A stretch of 64,000 bases of DNA from Candidatus Poseidoniaceae archaeon (lineage in GTDB: Archaea; Thermoplasmatota; Poseidoniia; Poseidoniales; Poseidoniaceae): the NCBI GenBank assembly GCA_949373075.1, contig CASIBX010000017.1:628-64627 (forward strand). The letters run 5' to 3'. Positions 28,695 through 38,594 of the stretch are shown piece after piece (within the stretch, counting starts at the first letter, position 1; each line of letters begins with the position of its first letter). The notes beneath the pieces are model-generated. The model saw nothing but the letters and a program-made list of their open reading frames with translations. It was not told the DNA's origin and did not search any database. The position numbers were made by a program, and so were the translations under genes.

Positions 28695-30446
28695 TTACCA
28701 AATGAATGGTATTGCGCTAAAGGTCAGCATGATCAATGGCATCACAATCGATTCAGTAGTTGAACGTAAGTTCGATAGGATTGAGATTTCAGTGCCTCTG
28801 TGAAGATGAACCTGCATACCGATGTCTTTGTTGCCTCTTACCACAAGGTGTGAGTTTGGTATCGCCACATCGAGTCCCTCTTCTTTGTCTGCATTGGTTC
28901 GACTCTCCACTCGACCTAAGCAATAAACAGGGTCACCAGCGGCTAGAACCCAAACAGTCCATCGCCAATTGCCACTTTGCCAATTGTATAATTGATCGCC
29001 CATGTTGACTTCGTCCCATGTATCAGGCTCGACTAATATTCCTCCTGTGCCATCGTGGAGCATGAATCTAGTAGAGTTACTATCGCTTCTTCTAGATTCC
29101 CAACTACATGATTCATTTCCATCATTATCTCTTGTGCAAACATATTCTTCTTCTTTCCATCGATAAGCGACGACCCCTTGAACCTGAAATTCAGGGTATC
29201 CTCCAACTTGAAGGTCAATAGTACCAGTTGGCGCAGGCCTCACCTGTCCTACTAATTCAGCAGCACCAGCAGCTACACTTCTCACTCGACTTGATGGTGT
29301 ATCGAGGATGTTATGCATTAGTTTCCATTTTTTCCACGCAAAGTATGTCCATGTTAATGTAAAAATGATGATGACAACTCGTAGTATCTGTCCTGCCCAT
29401 TGGTGGAAATCATCACCATGTCTTGCGAGAAGGTCACTGGCTAACCAAATGGATGTGAACACAAATACAATTCCATTAATCGAGAATAAAGTGAATGTTG
29501 CAGGGTGAGGTGTGCCAATGACATTAGGATGTTCCTCGATTAGGACGTTTTCCTCATTTGACTGATATGGATTATCAGGCCATGTTTCTAATCCAGGAGG
29601 AGGTAATACCCAGTCTGATTCATCTATACTTCTAATTGGTCCAATTGCAGATTGTAAATTACCAGGAGTTCCATGAACGAACGGGGAATTGCCCCACCGT
29701 TCTCGTAACTTTTTGATATCATTGGACATTGATGTTGGAGTATTATACATCATGATTAATGATGCAACTATAGTGATTGCTAAGCCTACTCTTTGCGCAT
29801 CTTCTCTATCTGTGCGTTCGCCAATTTTCAGCCCTTCTGCTCCCACAGAGAGCATCGAAAGTTCGCCATCCTCTTGAACCATGAACAATTTGACTACGTC
29901 TCCTTCGGCGATGTACCAGTCATCATAACCTGGGCAATTACGATTCACAGTATTTACTTCTGAGCCTAATTTGTCATGCCAGCCTAGCGTGAAAGAGTCC
30001 CCCCCTGAAATTGGTTTTACTGTTATCACAGCATTGTCATATTCATCAGTATGGTCAGTACAATTCTCTCCATCAGAATCTAATGTCCAATAGCCATGCA
30101 CGAGGACTCCTTGCTCAATTACAACATCCATTGTCACGAATGTACCAGTTCCCCCATCCCATCCTTGGCCTAAATCGACTTCATCATCTTCATCAATCTC
30201 ATCTAGATTATCTATGCTAATTGCTTCTGATACCGGAGGGACATCTGGAATATCAAGGCTAAACATCAAGAACAATCCTGCTGCTAAAAACATCATAAAT
30301 GCAATTACCCACGCTACAATTGCTTTCCAAGTATGAGGGAATGTGAATTGGAAAAATCCGTGTTGTAAGGAGGTATGGTCGATTTTCGACTTATTCCCCA
30401 TATATGCCGCTTGAGTAATTTGGTTATCATAAGACCGGCTAAACAA
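28695..30446 (-). CDS. multi-pass membrane protein with C-terminal GIDE-like domain
   Basis: 583-aa ORF. After a TM cluster comes SSRVRSVAAGAAELVGQVRPAP...FMLHDGTGGILVEPD...AAGDPVYCLGRV. This matches the pattern I associate with prokaryotic GIDE-domain proteins. The start could instead be Met16 (30401). Confidence 0.45.
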   Translation of the reverse strand: MFSRSYDNQITQAAYMGNKSKIDHTSLQHGFFQFTFPHTWKAIVAWVIAFMMFLAAGLFLMFSLDIPDVPPVSEAISIDNLDEIDEDDEVDLGQGWDGGTGTFVTMDVVIEQGVLVHGYWTLDSDGENCTDHTDEYDNAVITVKPISGGDSFTLGWHDKLGSEVNTVNRNCPGYDDWYIAEGDVVKLFMVQEDGELSMLSVGAEGLKIGERTDREDAQRVGLAITIVASLIMMYNTPTSMSNDIKKLRERWGNSPFVHGTPGNLQSAIGPIRSIDESDWVLPPPGLETWPDNPYQSNEENVLIEEHPNVIGTPHPATFTLFSINGIVFVFTSIWLASDLLARHGDDFHQWAGQILRVVIIIFTLTWTYFAWKKWKLMHNILDTPSSRVRSVAAGAAELVGQVRPAPTGTIDLQVGGYPEFQVQGVVAYRWKEEEYVCTRDNDGNESCSWESRRSDSNSTRFMLHDGTGGILVEPDTWDEVNMGDQLYNWQSGNWRWTVWVLAAGDPVYCLGRVESRTNADKEEGLDVAIPNSHLVVRGNKDIGMQVHLHRGTEISILSNLRSTTESIVMPLIMLTFSAIPFIW

Positions 30447-30527
30447 ATAAATCGCGGGCCTTTGCGAAGGTTAGAAATCCACTCTACAATCTCACATTTA
30501 AGTGTATTATTGAACAGTTACAGGACA

Positions 30528-32033
30528 ATGTTGAATATACGCCTCCTACGCCTTTTGAACATGGCAGACGTAATGGCAATGCTGAGTCAAATGCGAAACG
30601 CAAGTGGAGACATGGACACCATCGGGTTGCCAGACGATGTAATCCTAGAATTTGCTAGCCTAGATGACAAGTTAGCACAAGCAATTCAAGAAGCATCAAA
30701 AAAGCAATCCCAATACTCTTCTGAACATCTGATGATGAATGAGAAAGATCTGGTAACAATACTCCAAGAAGACTATGTCAATTTCTACGCGCCTGCTACA
30801 GTTAACCCGTATGTTGCACTTGCAGGTAGAGGCCCATGGGTTGTGACTTCACACGGTGCGGTTTTACACGATAATGGTGGATATGGAATGCTAGGTGGAG
30901 GGCATGGACCCTCAGAGATAATTTCAGTGATGAGTGAAAATCACGTTATGGCAAATGTCATGACGCCTTCATTCAGTCAAGCTCGTATGGCTGCTGCCCT
31001 GAAGAAGGAATTGGGCCACACAAGAGGTAGTTGTCCGTTTTCCAAATTTATCTGTATGAATTCTGGCTCAGAATCGATGACAGTTGCAATGCGCATTTGT
31101 GACGTTAACACTAAGAAAATGACTGATCAAGGTGGGCGTCATGAAGGCAAACCAGTGAAGCTTATGGCTATCGAAAGGGCATTCCATGGTCGCACCGACA
31201 GGCCTGCACAAATTTCTCATTCATGTAAAGCAAGTTATGACAAGAATTTGAAAACATTTGCTGAAAGAGATAATCTGATTTTAGTTCCTTCCAACAATGT
31301 TGGAGCACTTCAAGCAGCATTTGCACATGCTGATGAAAAGGGTTACTTCATTGAATCCATGTCGGTAGAGCCGGTCCAAGGCGAAGGAAACCCCGGTCAA
31401 TGTATTGAACGAGACTTTTATGATGAGGCTAGGCGGTTGACCAACGCACATGGCTCGATGTTGATTGTAGATTCAATCCAAGCAGGAATAAGAGGTCAAG
31501 GAACATTGTCTGTAGTTGACTATGAAGGATTTCAAGACGCAGAAGCACCCGACCTTGAAACATGGTCTAAGGCGTTGAATGCTGGCCAATATCCTCTTTC
31601 TGTACTCGGCTTGAACGAAAGAGCAGCAGAGTTGTATGTTGTTGGAATTTATGGAAACACGATGACTACTAACCCTCGTGCACTAGAAACAGCGGTTGCG
31701 GTTCTCGAAACAATAACTCCTGAATTACGAAAGAATATTCGTGACCGGGGTGTAGAATTTGTAGACAAGTTGAATGCTCTTGCAGAAGAACTACCAGGTA
31801 CCATAATCAAGGTACAAGGTACAGGTTTGCTAATCTCTGCAGAATTAGAACCAAGCATACTAACCGTAGTTGGTTTTGATGAAGTCGAAGTTTGGTGCAG
31901 GAAGCACGGTCTTGGAGTCATACACGGTGGAGTGAATGCATTGAGATACACTCCACATTTCAATATCACAAGTGAAGAGGTCGATCTGGTAATCGACATC
32001 ACTCGTCAATCAATCAAGCAATTTACTCAATAA
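30528..32033 (+). CDS. class-III PLP-dependent aminotransferase (acetylornithine/GABA aminotransferase family)
   Basis: Motifs GSESMTVAMRI, LIVDSIQAGIRGQG and the SKALNAG putative PLP lysine are present. The tracked start at 30375 overlaps the upstream convergent-strand gene, so ATG 30528 (or 30561) is more plausible. Confidence 0.8.
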   Translation: MLNIRLLRLLNMADVMAMLSQMRNASGDMDTIGLPDDVILEFASLDDKLAQAIQEASKKQSQYSSEHLMMNEKDLVTILQEDYVNFYAPATVNPYVALAGRGPWVVTSHGAVLHDNGGYGMLGGGHGPSEIISVMSENHVMANVMTPSFSQARMAAALKKELGHTRGSCPFSKFICMNSGSESMTVAMRICDVNTKKMTDQGGRHEGKPVKLMAIERAFHGRTDRPAQISHSCKASYDKNLKTFAERDNLILVPSNNVGALQAAFAHADEKGYFIESMSVEPVQGEGNPGQCIERDFYDEARRLTNAHGSMLIVDSIQAGIRGQGTLSVVDYEGFQDAEAPDLETWSKALNAGQYPLSVLGLNERAAELYVVGIYGNTMTTNPRALETAVAVLETITPELRKNIRDRGVEFVDKLNALAEELPGTIIKVQGTGLLISAELEPSILTVVGFDEVEVWCRKHGLGVIHGGVNALRYTPHFNITSEEVDLVIDITRQSIKQFTQ

Positions 32034-33530
32034 TTACTGTCCAGTAATTAGGTGATGTAGAGTCCTAACGTGGATTCCAGTTGCACCGGTCTTGACCATC
32101 TTGTTGGACTTAGCGCCCCATGCAGTACCTGCGATATCCATGTGTGCCCAAGGTATCTGATTTTCAGTTCCTTCCATGTTAGGAACGAACTGCTTTAGGA
32201 ATGCTGCAGCTGTATTTGAGCCACCATATCGGCCAGCACCAAGATTGCGAACATCTGCAATCTTTGAATCGGTCATCTCTTTCTCGAATGCCTTGAACAG
32301 TGGCATAGGCCAAGCTATTTCTCCACAGTGCTCTCCAGCAACCTTGATTTTGTTTAGGAGTTCATCATCATTGGACCAAAGACCAGTTGCCTCATGTCCA
32401 AGAGCAACTACACAAGCACCGGTTAGAGTTGCTAGGTCAATCATGTAAGAAGGATTTAGTTCAGTACCTGCATACCATAGTCCATCAGAAAGAACTAGCC
32501 TTCCTTCTGCATCAGTATTCAGTACTTCAACAGTTTTTCCGGAGTATGTGGTGATTACGTCCCCAGGGCGTTGAGCGTTAGAGGACGGCATATTTTCTGC
32601 CATGCAAGTCATACCAACTACACGATCTTTGTGACCACTAGCGGCAAGCGCTTTCATTACACCGAATGTTGTAGCGGAGCCATGCATGTCATACTTCATT
32701 TCATCCATTGAGGCCGGCGGTTTTAGTGAGATTCCACCAGTGTCGAAAGTAATTCCCTTACCTACGATAATCGGGCTTGGTCCGGGTTTGTCTCCATTAA
32801 GTTCGATAATTACCATGCATGGTTTTCGGTATGAACCCATACCTACTCCAACAAGTCCGCCCATTCCCAATTGCTTGGCTTCTTCATAATTGATTACCTT
32901 GACTTCTACATTTTCGTATTCTTTACCAAATTCAATGGCCTGTCGTGCGAACTCCATAGGATAGAGGTCGTTAGGCGGAGCGTTTCCAAGGTCCCTTGCA
33001 AGGTAAACTCCTGTTGCAACTGCGCCAGATAGATCTGCGGACTTTTGCAAATCATCAGTTTTGTCATCTTCACAAGTGATGTGAACTGTAATCTCGCCTT
33101 CATCAGAATCATCATCGTCATCTTTTGACTTGTACTTGTCATAGGAATAGTCACGTAGAATCATTCCTTCAACAAATGCTCCCATGTGCGCACCATCGAC
33201 ACCATGGAATTTGACGGTTAGTGTTCGTCCGTGAATATTTCTACGGCTTGCAGTAACTTTCGCACCAGATTCTCTCATACCTTGTAGAGTAGCATCTTCC
33301 TGCTTGCCTAAGCCAATCAATAGTGCCTTTCCTCCTTCAGTACCCGCTAAAGTCATAGCAGTTCCAGCCTTAGCTTTGAAATCCCCATTTGATAGGATAT
33401 TTTCAATTTGATTCTTCAAACTTCTATGGACTCCTGCTTCGCTACCATCGCTCACATTTTTGCTATCTTGCCATAATGGGAGAACTAGAGTTCCGTTGAT
33501 ATTTTCGTTGGTGTTTACTATTACCTGCAT
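32034..33530 (-). CDS. pepA: leucyl aminopeptidase (M17)
   Basis: The NTDAEGRLVL signature is present. The start is set at MQVIVNTNE (ATG 33530). The alternative TTG at 33590 would overlap the stop of the upstream M14 gene. Confidence 0.9.
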   Translation of the reverse strand: MQVIVNTNENINGTLVLPLWQDSKNVSDGSEAGVHRSLKNQIENILSNGDFKAKAGTAMTLAGTEGGKALLIGLGKQEDATLQGMRESGAKVTASRRNIHGRTLTVKFHGVDGAHMGAFVEGMILRDYSYDKYKSKDDDDDSDEGEITVHITCEDDKTDDLQKSADLSGAVATGVYLARDLGNAPPNDLYPMEFARQAIEFGKEYENVEVKVINYEEAKQLGMGGLVGVGMGSYRKPCMVIIELNGDKPGPSPIIVGKGITFDTGGISLKPPASMDEMKYDMHGSATTFGVMKALAASGHKDRVVGMTCMAENMPSSNAQRPGDVITTYSGKTVEVLNTDAEGRLVLSDGLWYAGTELNPSYMIDLATLTGACVVALGHEATGLWSNDDELLNKIKVAGEHCGEIAWPMPLFKAFEKEMTDSKIADVRNLGAGRYGGSNTAAAFLKQFVPNMEGTENQIPWAHMDIAGTAWGAKSNKMVKTGATGIHVRTLHHLITGQ

Positions 33531-33586
33531 TGGCTCACTTGATTGGGGCAGCAGCACTTGGCTCTTGAAGATGCGCCCACTAAGTC

Positions 33587-34969
33587 TCAATCAACTAATT
33601 CAGCATCCAATGGACCCGTTTCGCCTAGTTGGAATGGTTTTTCTTCTCTACTCCACCAAAATGCGAAGCAAATAACGAATAGTGGCAATGCTCCTATTTG
33701 TAATGCCCAAATTAGAGTTATATTGGAATTGGATAAAGAATACACATCTAACGATGAGAGCTCAACAGTTTCGTTAACCCATTGCGCAGAGTCTACTACA
33801 CGTTTCTGGTATGAGAGCCTCCACTCTCCCCCCTCAGCCGAAGAGAAACCACTGGTGGTCGCAGTGAACGAGTCAGTTGCATTAGCTGTAAAATTGTTTG
33901 ATTCCCATAGTATATTGTCGCCATCTATGTACTGAAGGGTTGCGTTTCTGGTACTTGCATGGCCAAGGTTACTGATAGTGTAAGTGACGTCTTCATCATC
34001 TACTATTAGTTCATCAAGCACTAGACGCGCTCGCCAAAACCAAACATTGTCAATTAGGTACCTCATAACTTCCATCTCCTCACCTAATCTGTCGTGTAAT
34101 GATTCGAATGTCCCCGGTACAAATTGTTCATCATCTGTTTCAAATGTGAATGTCGGGAATCCCATTACGCCATACCCGTAGTCTCGGCTAGTCCCACAAT
34201 TCGGATACAAACCTTGGTTTGCATTTTGGATTGGAATGTCTGAGATACTTTCATGCACATCATCTCTGATGAAGTGGAATAATTCCCAATCTGAAGGCTG
34301 TTCAGGCCACTTACCCCATGGATAGAGCATTATCCACACACCGGTATGCATCGTAACATAGAGGTCTGCATCAGGTACTACAGTGTTCATGTAATTCGAA
34401 TTTCCAGCGGTTTCAGATTCACTGAATGCACTACTCCCTGGCTGGGTCGTCGGGCAGGTGTTCCAATAATGGTCATAGTTTCGATTCAAATCGACTTGAT
34501 TGATATTCCAACGTGTATCAATATCGTTACCATCCGGGTTTAACATAATCAGAATATGGATCTCTGAATTTTGTAAGACTTGGACTGCTTCTTCATTACC
34601 ATCATTCCAACCATTGATGTACCATTTTGCTGATAACCACGCTAAAGCGGTGCCCAGGTATTCGTTACCATGGTGCCCTCCATCGATGTAGATAATTTCC
34701 TTCGCACTGCCATTGGCCTTTGTTTCCATCGACCAGTCAGAGAGTCTAACCACCCACAGAGTCTTTCCAAGTTCCGATTGACCTGTACTTGTTAAATCGA
34801 CAATATCTGGATTGTCATCAGCCCATTCATTGACTTCAAGAGTAAGAGTGGCCCATGTGAGGTGCACGTGATTGTCTATTGGCTCTCCTGGCCATTCTTG
34901 TTCTGCACTAACTAAACCTGAAAAACTTGCACAAAGCAAGACGCCAAGCATGAAGAAGGCACTGCGCAT
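33587..34969 (-). CDS. secreted, membrane-anchored M14 zinc carboxypeptidase
   Basis: A signal peptide, the HGNEYLG (HxxE) zinc motif, an extra C-terminal beta-rich domain and a C-terminal TM helix are present. Confidence 0.8.
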   Translation of the reverse strand: MRSAFFMLGVLLCASFSGLVSAEQEWPGEPIDNHVHLTWATLTLEVNEWADDNPDIVDLTSTGQSELGKTLWVVRLSDWSMETKANGSAKEIIYIDGGHHGNEYLGTALAWLSAKWYINGWNDGNEEAVQVLQNSEIHILIMLNPDGNDIDTRWNINQVDLNRNYDHYWNTCPTTQPGSSAFSESETAGNSNYMNTVVPDADLYVTMHTGVWIMLYPWGKWPEQPSDWELFHFIRDDVHESISDIPIQNANQGLYPNCGTSRDYGYGVMGFPTFTFETDDEQFVPGTFESLHDRLGEEMEVMRYLIDNVWFWRARLVLDELIVDDEDVTYTISNLGHASTRNATLQYIDGDNILWESNNFTANATDSFTATTSGFSSAEGGEWRLSYQKRVVDSAQWVNETVELSSLDVYSLSNSNITLIWALQIGALPLFVICFAFWWSREEKPFQLGETGPLDAELVD

Positions 34970-35049
34970 ATATTATTCCAAGAGACACTAAGCCATCAAC
35001 CTGACTATTGATTACAAATGTCGGGAAAGAGATTATATCTCAAAAGACA

Positions 35050-35751
35050 ATGTTCGATTTTATGGTAACAATCGAATGTCCTCATTGCGATGAGGAACTT
35101 GAAATGGAAGATGATGCGGTTGGTTTATTCGATTGCCCATATTGTAGTGAAGAATTTGAATGGGGAGAAGAAGACGATGAAGACTTCTTTGAAGGAATTG
35201 ATGAAGTTAGCCCCGTTAAGAATCGAGGTAAAAATACTCCGAAATCAATTTTAGTAGAGTATCCAGAAAACCCCTCACTTAGAATTACAGCTGGTGTAAT
35301 ATTTTCGATTATAATGGGAATAAATGCCATTAGTTCCCTTATGTTGATCTTTGCTGGGTTGATGGTATCCCAAGTTGAGGAAGGGATTAGCGATGCTACA
35401 GCTGGAGCGGCCGAGTCAAGTATTGGAGCAATTATTATTTTAATTGGAGTTGTAATGCTAGCACTATATTCAACTGGTGTATACTTTGGAGTACAGATGT
35501 CCAAAGGAAAATTCTCTGCATTGATTGTTTGTTCCGTAATTACTGTAGTTTCTTTAATCATGACGATTATATCATGGGCCAATGAAAATACTGATGAATG
35601 CTTGAAAACAGAGATGGGCCCATTTGGGCCTGAATGCGTTGAATATGGAAGCCCTGCTTTCCCTGTGCTTAGTGTCATTATCTGGGCTGTAATTATCGCT
35701 ATGTTTGCGTCATTGATATACGTGCCTAAATTCAGAAGTCAGTTTCACTGA
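35050..35751 (+). CDS. zinc-ribbon membrane protein (paralogous architecture to 20806..21375)
   Basis: The N-terminus is MFDFMVTIECPHCDEELEM...FDCPYCSEEFEW, followed by an acidic linker and 4-5 TM helices. The tracked start at 35008 is a TTG, so ATG 35050 is preferred. Confidence 0.6.
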   Translation: MFDFMVTIECPHCDEELEMEDDAVGLFDCPYCSEEFEWGEEDDEDFFEGIDEVSPVKNRGKNTPKSILVEYPENPSLRITAGVIFSIIMGINAISSLMLIFAGLMVSQVEEGISDATAGAAESSIGAIIILIGVVMLALYSTGVYFGVQMSKGKFSALIVCSVITVVSLIMTIISWANENTDECLKTEMGPFGPECVEYGSPAFPVLSVIIWAVIIAMFASLIYVPKFRSQFH

Positions 35752-35788
35752 TTGTTGAAATTAACCCAATACTTAGGTTCGATGACAA

Positions 35789-37087
35789 TCATCGATTTAG
35801 AATGTAAGAGAAGAGAATTGGTGCTACAATTGTAGCATCTGATTCAATCATGTGCATAGGGGTGCCTGGTGCTAATTTACCCCAAGTTATTTTCTCACTT
35901 GGAGGGGCTCCAGAATATCCACCGTATGATGCAGTCGACTCCGAAATCTGAGCAAACCATCCCCACAGCGGTGCTTTTTCTTTCATGTCTTGTCTTAGCA
36001 TTGGTACAACACAAATCGGGAAATCACCCGCAATTCCTCCACCAATCTGTAAGAAACCAATTGGGTGTTCAGCATTCATGTACCAATCAGCCAAGTGCAT
36101 CATGTAGTCAATCCCGCTTTTGACAGCGCTCTGTTCAACATCACCTTTGATACAATGTGCTGCGAATATATTGCCCAAAGTAGAGTCTTCCCAGCCGGGA
36201 ACATAGACTGGAATACCTGCGTCTCTTGCAGCGATTAGCCAAGAATCAGTTCTAGGAATGTCCGCTTCAAGTTGATCTAAAATCGCCATCAGGTGTTCGT
36301 GAGGGAGGGCAGGACCACTCTGCCACTGCTTGAGAATTTTATCTTCAATATGTCTGATAGCCTCTTCTTCCGGAATACAAGTATCCGTCACACGGTTGAA
36401 GCCAGTTGCGTGTAATTCAGCATCTTGCTCTTCGGTCAAATTACGCCAATTTGGAATTCTTTCATAATGAGAATTAGCTACTAAATTGAAAACATCCTCT
36501 TCTAGATTCGCTCCAGTACATGTGATCGCATGAATCTTGCCCGACCTAATCATTGGTGCTAGTGAACGTCCGATTTCAGCGGTGCTCATCGCTCCTGCAA
36601 GGGTGACCATGAGCCGGCCACCTTCGTTTAGAAATTGGTCTAATGAAACTGCACAATCACGAAGTGCGCCCGCATTGAAGTGGTTGAAATGTCTGTCAAC
36701 AAAACCTCTGACGCCACCATTTACTGGACCATTAAGGAATCTCTCAACTCGCTTTCTACGGTTGATAATCATCTCTGGATAGTTAGTTTGTAGCTCCTTT
36801 TCGATAATCTCGATAATTCGCGCAGGGTCGGTTCCTCCACAGGTAAAGGCATCAATAGCAAGCCAACCACTTTCAGAATAGCAATGAGCACTAACGTGAC
36901 TCTCATCCAGTAAAACAACTGCTGCGAAACCTAGTGGTGATACACTACCGTCAAACTCCTCATTGTGAGAATGTACTCTTCGTGCTCCTGATGCATCAAC
37001 TGCTTTTTCCATTAGCGCTAGCATCCATGAGCCTTCGACGCCAATAGCGCCTTTGCAGTCGAGCATAATATGAGCGCCATGTGCCAT
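35789..37087 (-). CDS. fusion protein: SpeD-type pyruvoyl-dependent decarboxylase (AdoMetDC-like) N-domain plus deoxyhypusine synthase-like C-domain
   Basis: Residues 1-~110 (GAHIMLDCKG...GFAAVVLLDESHVSAHCYSESGWLAIDAFTCGGTDP) match the prokaryotic AdoMetDC fold, including the E-S self-processing site. Residues ~125-432 (VTLAGAMSTAEIG...ITCTGANLEEDVF...QIGGGIAGDFPI...EKITWGKL) match the DHS family. An AGGAG motif lies 9 nt upstream, inside the agmatinase 3' end. Confidence 0.75.
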   Translation of the reverse strand: MAHGAHIMLDCKGAIGVEGSWMLALMEKAVDASGARRVHSHNEEFDGSVSPLGFAAVVLLDESHVSAHCYSESGWLAIDAFTCGGTDPARIIEIIEKELQTNYPEMIINRRKRVERFLNGPVNGGVRGFVDRHFNHFNAGALRDCAVSLDQFLNEGGRLMVTLAGAMSTAEIGRSLAPMIRSGKIHAITCTGANLEEDVFNLVANSHYERIPNWRNLTEEQDAELHATGFNRVTDTCIPEEEAIRHIEDKILKQWQSGPALPHEHLMAILDQLEADIPRTDSWLIAARDAGIPVYVPGWEDSTLGNIFAAHCIKGDVEQSAVKSGIDYMMHLADWYMNAEHPIGFLQIGGGIAGDFPICVVPMLRQDMKEKAPLWGWFAQISESTASYGGYSGAPPSEKITWGKLAPGTPMHMIESDATIVAPILFSYILNR

Positions 37088-37091
37088 TTAA

Positions 37092-37982
37092 TCAACTCCT
37101 ATTTGCAATAAATGCTGCAGTAATCTTAGTTGCTATCATAGCAGCTGTAAATTGAGTGAGAGGTGTATCCTTTTGCGGAACAATCTCATTCACATCGGCA
37201 CTTATGACTTCACAATTTGCGAACGCAGTCTCTATCGTTTGAACTACATGCCAGAAAGATAGCCCGCCTGGAACTGGAGTTCCTGTAGCCGGAACTAATG
37301 AACCATCAAGCCCATCAATATCAACCGTCAAATGAACAGGCCCTTCGATTTTGGAAATGGCTTCAATCCATTCATTCCAAGACTTTGAACCAGTAATTGG
37401 ACTCATGACGTCTTTAGCAAACCAAGTATTTACTCGCTCATCATTTTCAATATAGTCTCGCTCTTGACTACAATATGCCCTAATGCCAACTTGGTGAACT
37501 CCTATTGCGCCTTCATCAAGAGAACGTGCAATCGCACAAGCATGAGAATATGGCTCGCCATCTAATTCATCTCTCAAATCTGCATGTGCATCGATTTGAA
37601 TCAGGGTTACCTTCTGTGGACATCCCCGTAAGATACCGGGGAGCATTCCGTGCTCCCCTCCTAAAAATATTGGAAATGCTCCACTTGAATACTGTTCTTC
37701 AGCATATTTGCCGATACCATCTAATTGCTCTTGTAGCGAACTACCTTCCCCATCCCAGGGCTCAACAGTACGTATTACTGCTCCTGCCGGCAATTCTTCT
37801 CCTAGTAAATCGTCAAACAATTCAACTTGTCCTGAAGCAATGATACAAGCAGCAGGTCCTTCTGAAGTTCCTTGGCCATATGAGGTCGTTAATTCGTATG
37901 GGATGGACGCGATATTGACATCAGAATCGCCTCCAGAATCGGCTAAACCGAGGAAATTACCCTCAACAAACCCGTCATCCAT
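37092..37982 (-). CDS. speB: agmatinase / ureohydrolase family protein
   Basis: The Mn-ligand motifs GGEHGM, IQIDAHADLRD and LTVDIDGLD are present. The gene lies 4 nt upstream of the fusion gene. Confidence 0.85.
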   Translation of the reverse strand: MDDGFVEGNFLGLADSGGDSDVNIASIPYELTTSYGQGTSEGPAACIIASGQVELFDDLLGEELPAGAVIRTVEPWDGEGSSLQEQLDGIGKYAEEQYSSGAFPIFLGGEHGMLPGILRGCPQKVTLIQIDAHADLRDELDGEPYSHACAIARSLDEGAIGVHQVGIRAYCSQERDYIENDERVNTWFAKDVMSPITGSKSWNEWIEAISKIEGPVHLTVDIDGLDGSLVPATGTPVPGGLSFWHVVQTIETAFANCEVISADVNEIVPQKDTPLTQFTAAMIATKITAAFIANRS

Positions 37983-38125
37983 GACCCTTGCGGTGACTAT
38001 TTCCCCTTTGAAGTCCTCGATTGGGCCAAAATCATCGATGTGTTAATTAGGGACTTCGACCTATACATATTACTGCGCAGAGGGGAAATGTTACCCGACA
38101 TATATCCCAGCGCGGCGGTGATTTC

Positions 38126-38548
38126 ATGGGAATGACAATGGCAGAACTAACTGAAGCAATTCGTCAACACATCGACATGGAGATGGATCCAGAAGTCGCT
38201 TGTGGTATGGCTGAGCACGCATTGGGATTCTTTGGATTTTACGATAGAATCATCGATAATGCCCTAGAACCAACAGACCGCAACCTGTTTTACATGTTTC
38301 AAGATTATGACCTTCTAACAACCGAATCTGAAGAAACTACTCTTTGGGATGGTCGAGAGTGGAGGATACACTACTGGCGCTTCAAGCCAGAACTGCGCGA
38401 GCGTGTTGAAGCATACATGAATCGCGAAGTGGAAGTTGTAGAAGTCGACCCATTCGGCGACGTATACGGCGATGCTGGCAGTATCTGGATGAGAGAAGGC
38501 GACAAGCCTCGTAACCCGAACGCCTTCACATCGGACCATTGGGGTTGA
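38126..38548 (+). CDS. hypothetical cytoplasmic protein (140 aa)
   Basis: Clean ORF with GGTGAT 3 nt upstream of the ATG. No motif was recognised. Confidence 0.5.
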   Translation: MGMTMAELTEAIRQHIDMEMDPEVACGMAEHALGFFGFYDRIIDNALEPTDRNLFYMFQDYDLLTTESEETTLWDGREWRIHYWRFKPELRERVEAYMNREVEVVEVDPFGDVYGDAGSIWMREGDKPRNPNAFTSDHWG

Positions 38549-38594
38549 ACACGGCCCCACAAGTCTTGAAGACTAGCAGGCCCACCAGTTGGCT

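Noticed and set aside
30375-30527. The upstream start (30375) tracked for the aminotransferase.
   Set aside because: It would overlap the 5' end of the opposite-strand membrane-protein gene by 72 nt, and it encodes non-conserved sequence. The internal ATGs at 30528 and 30561 fit better.
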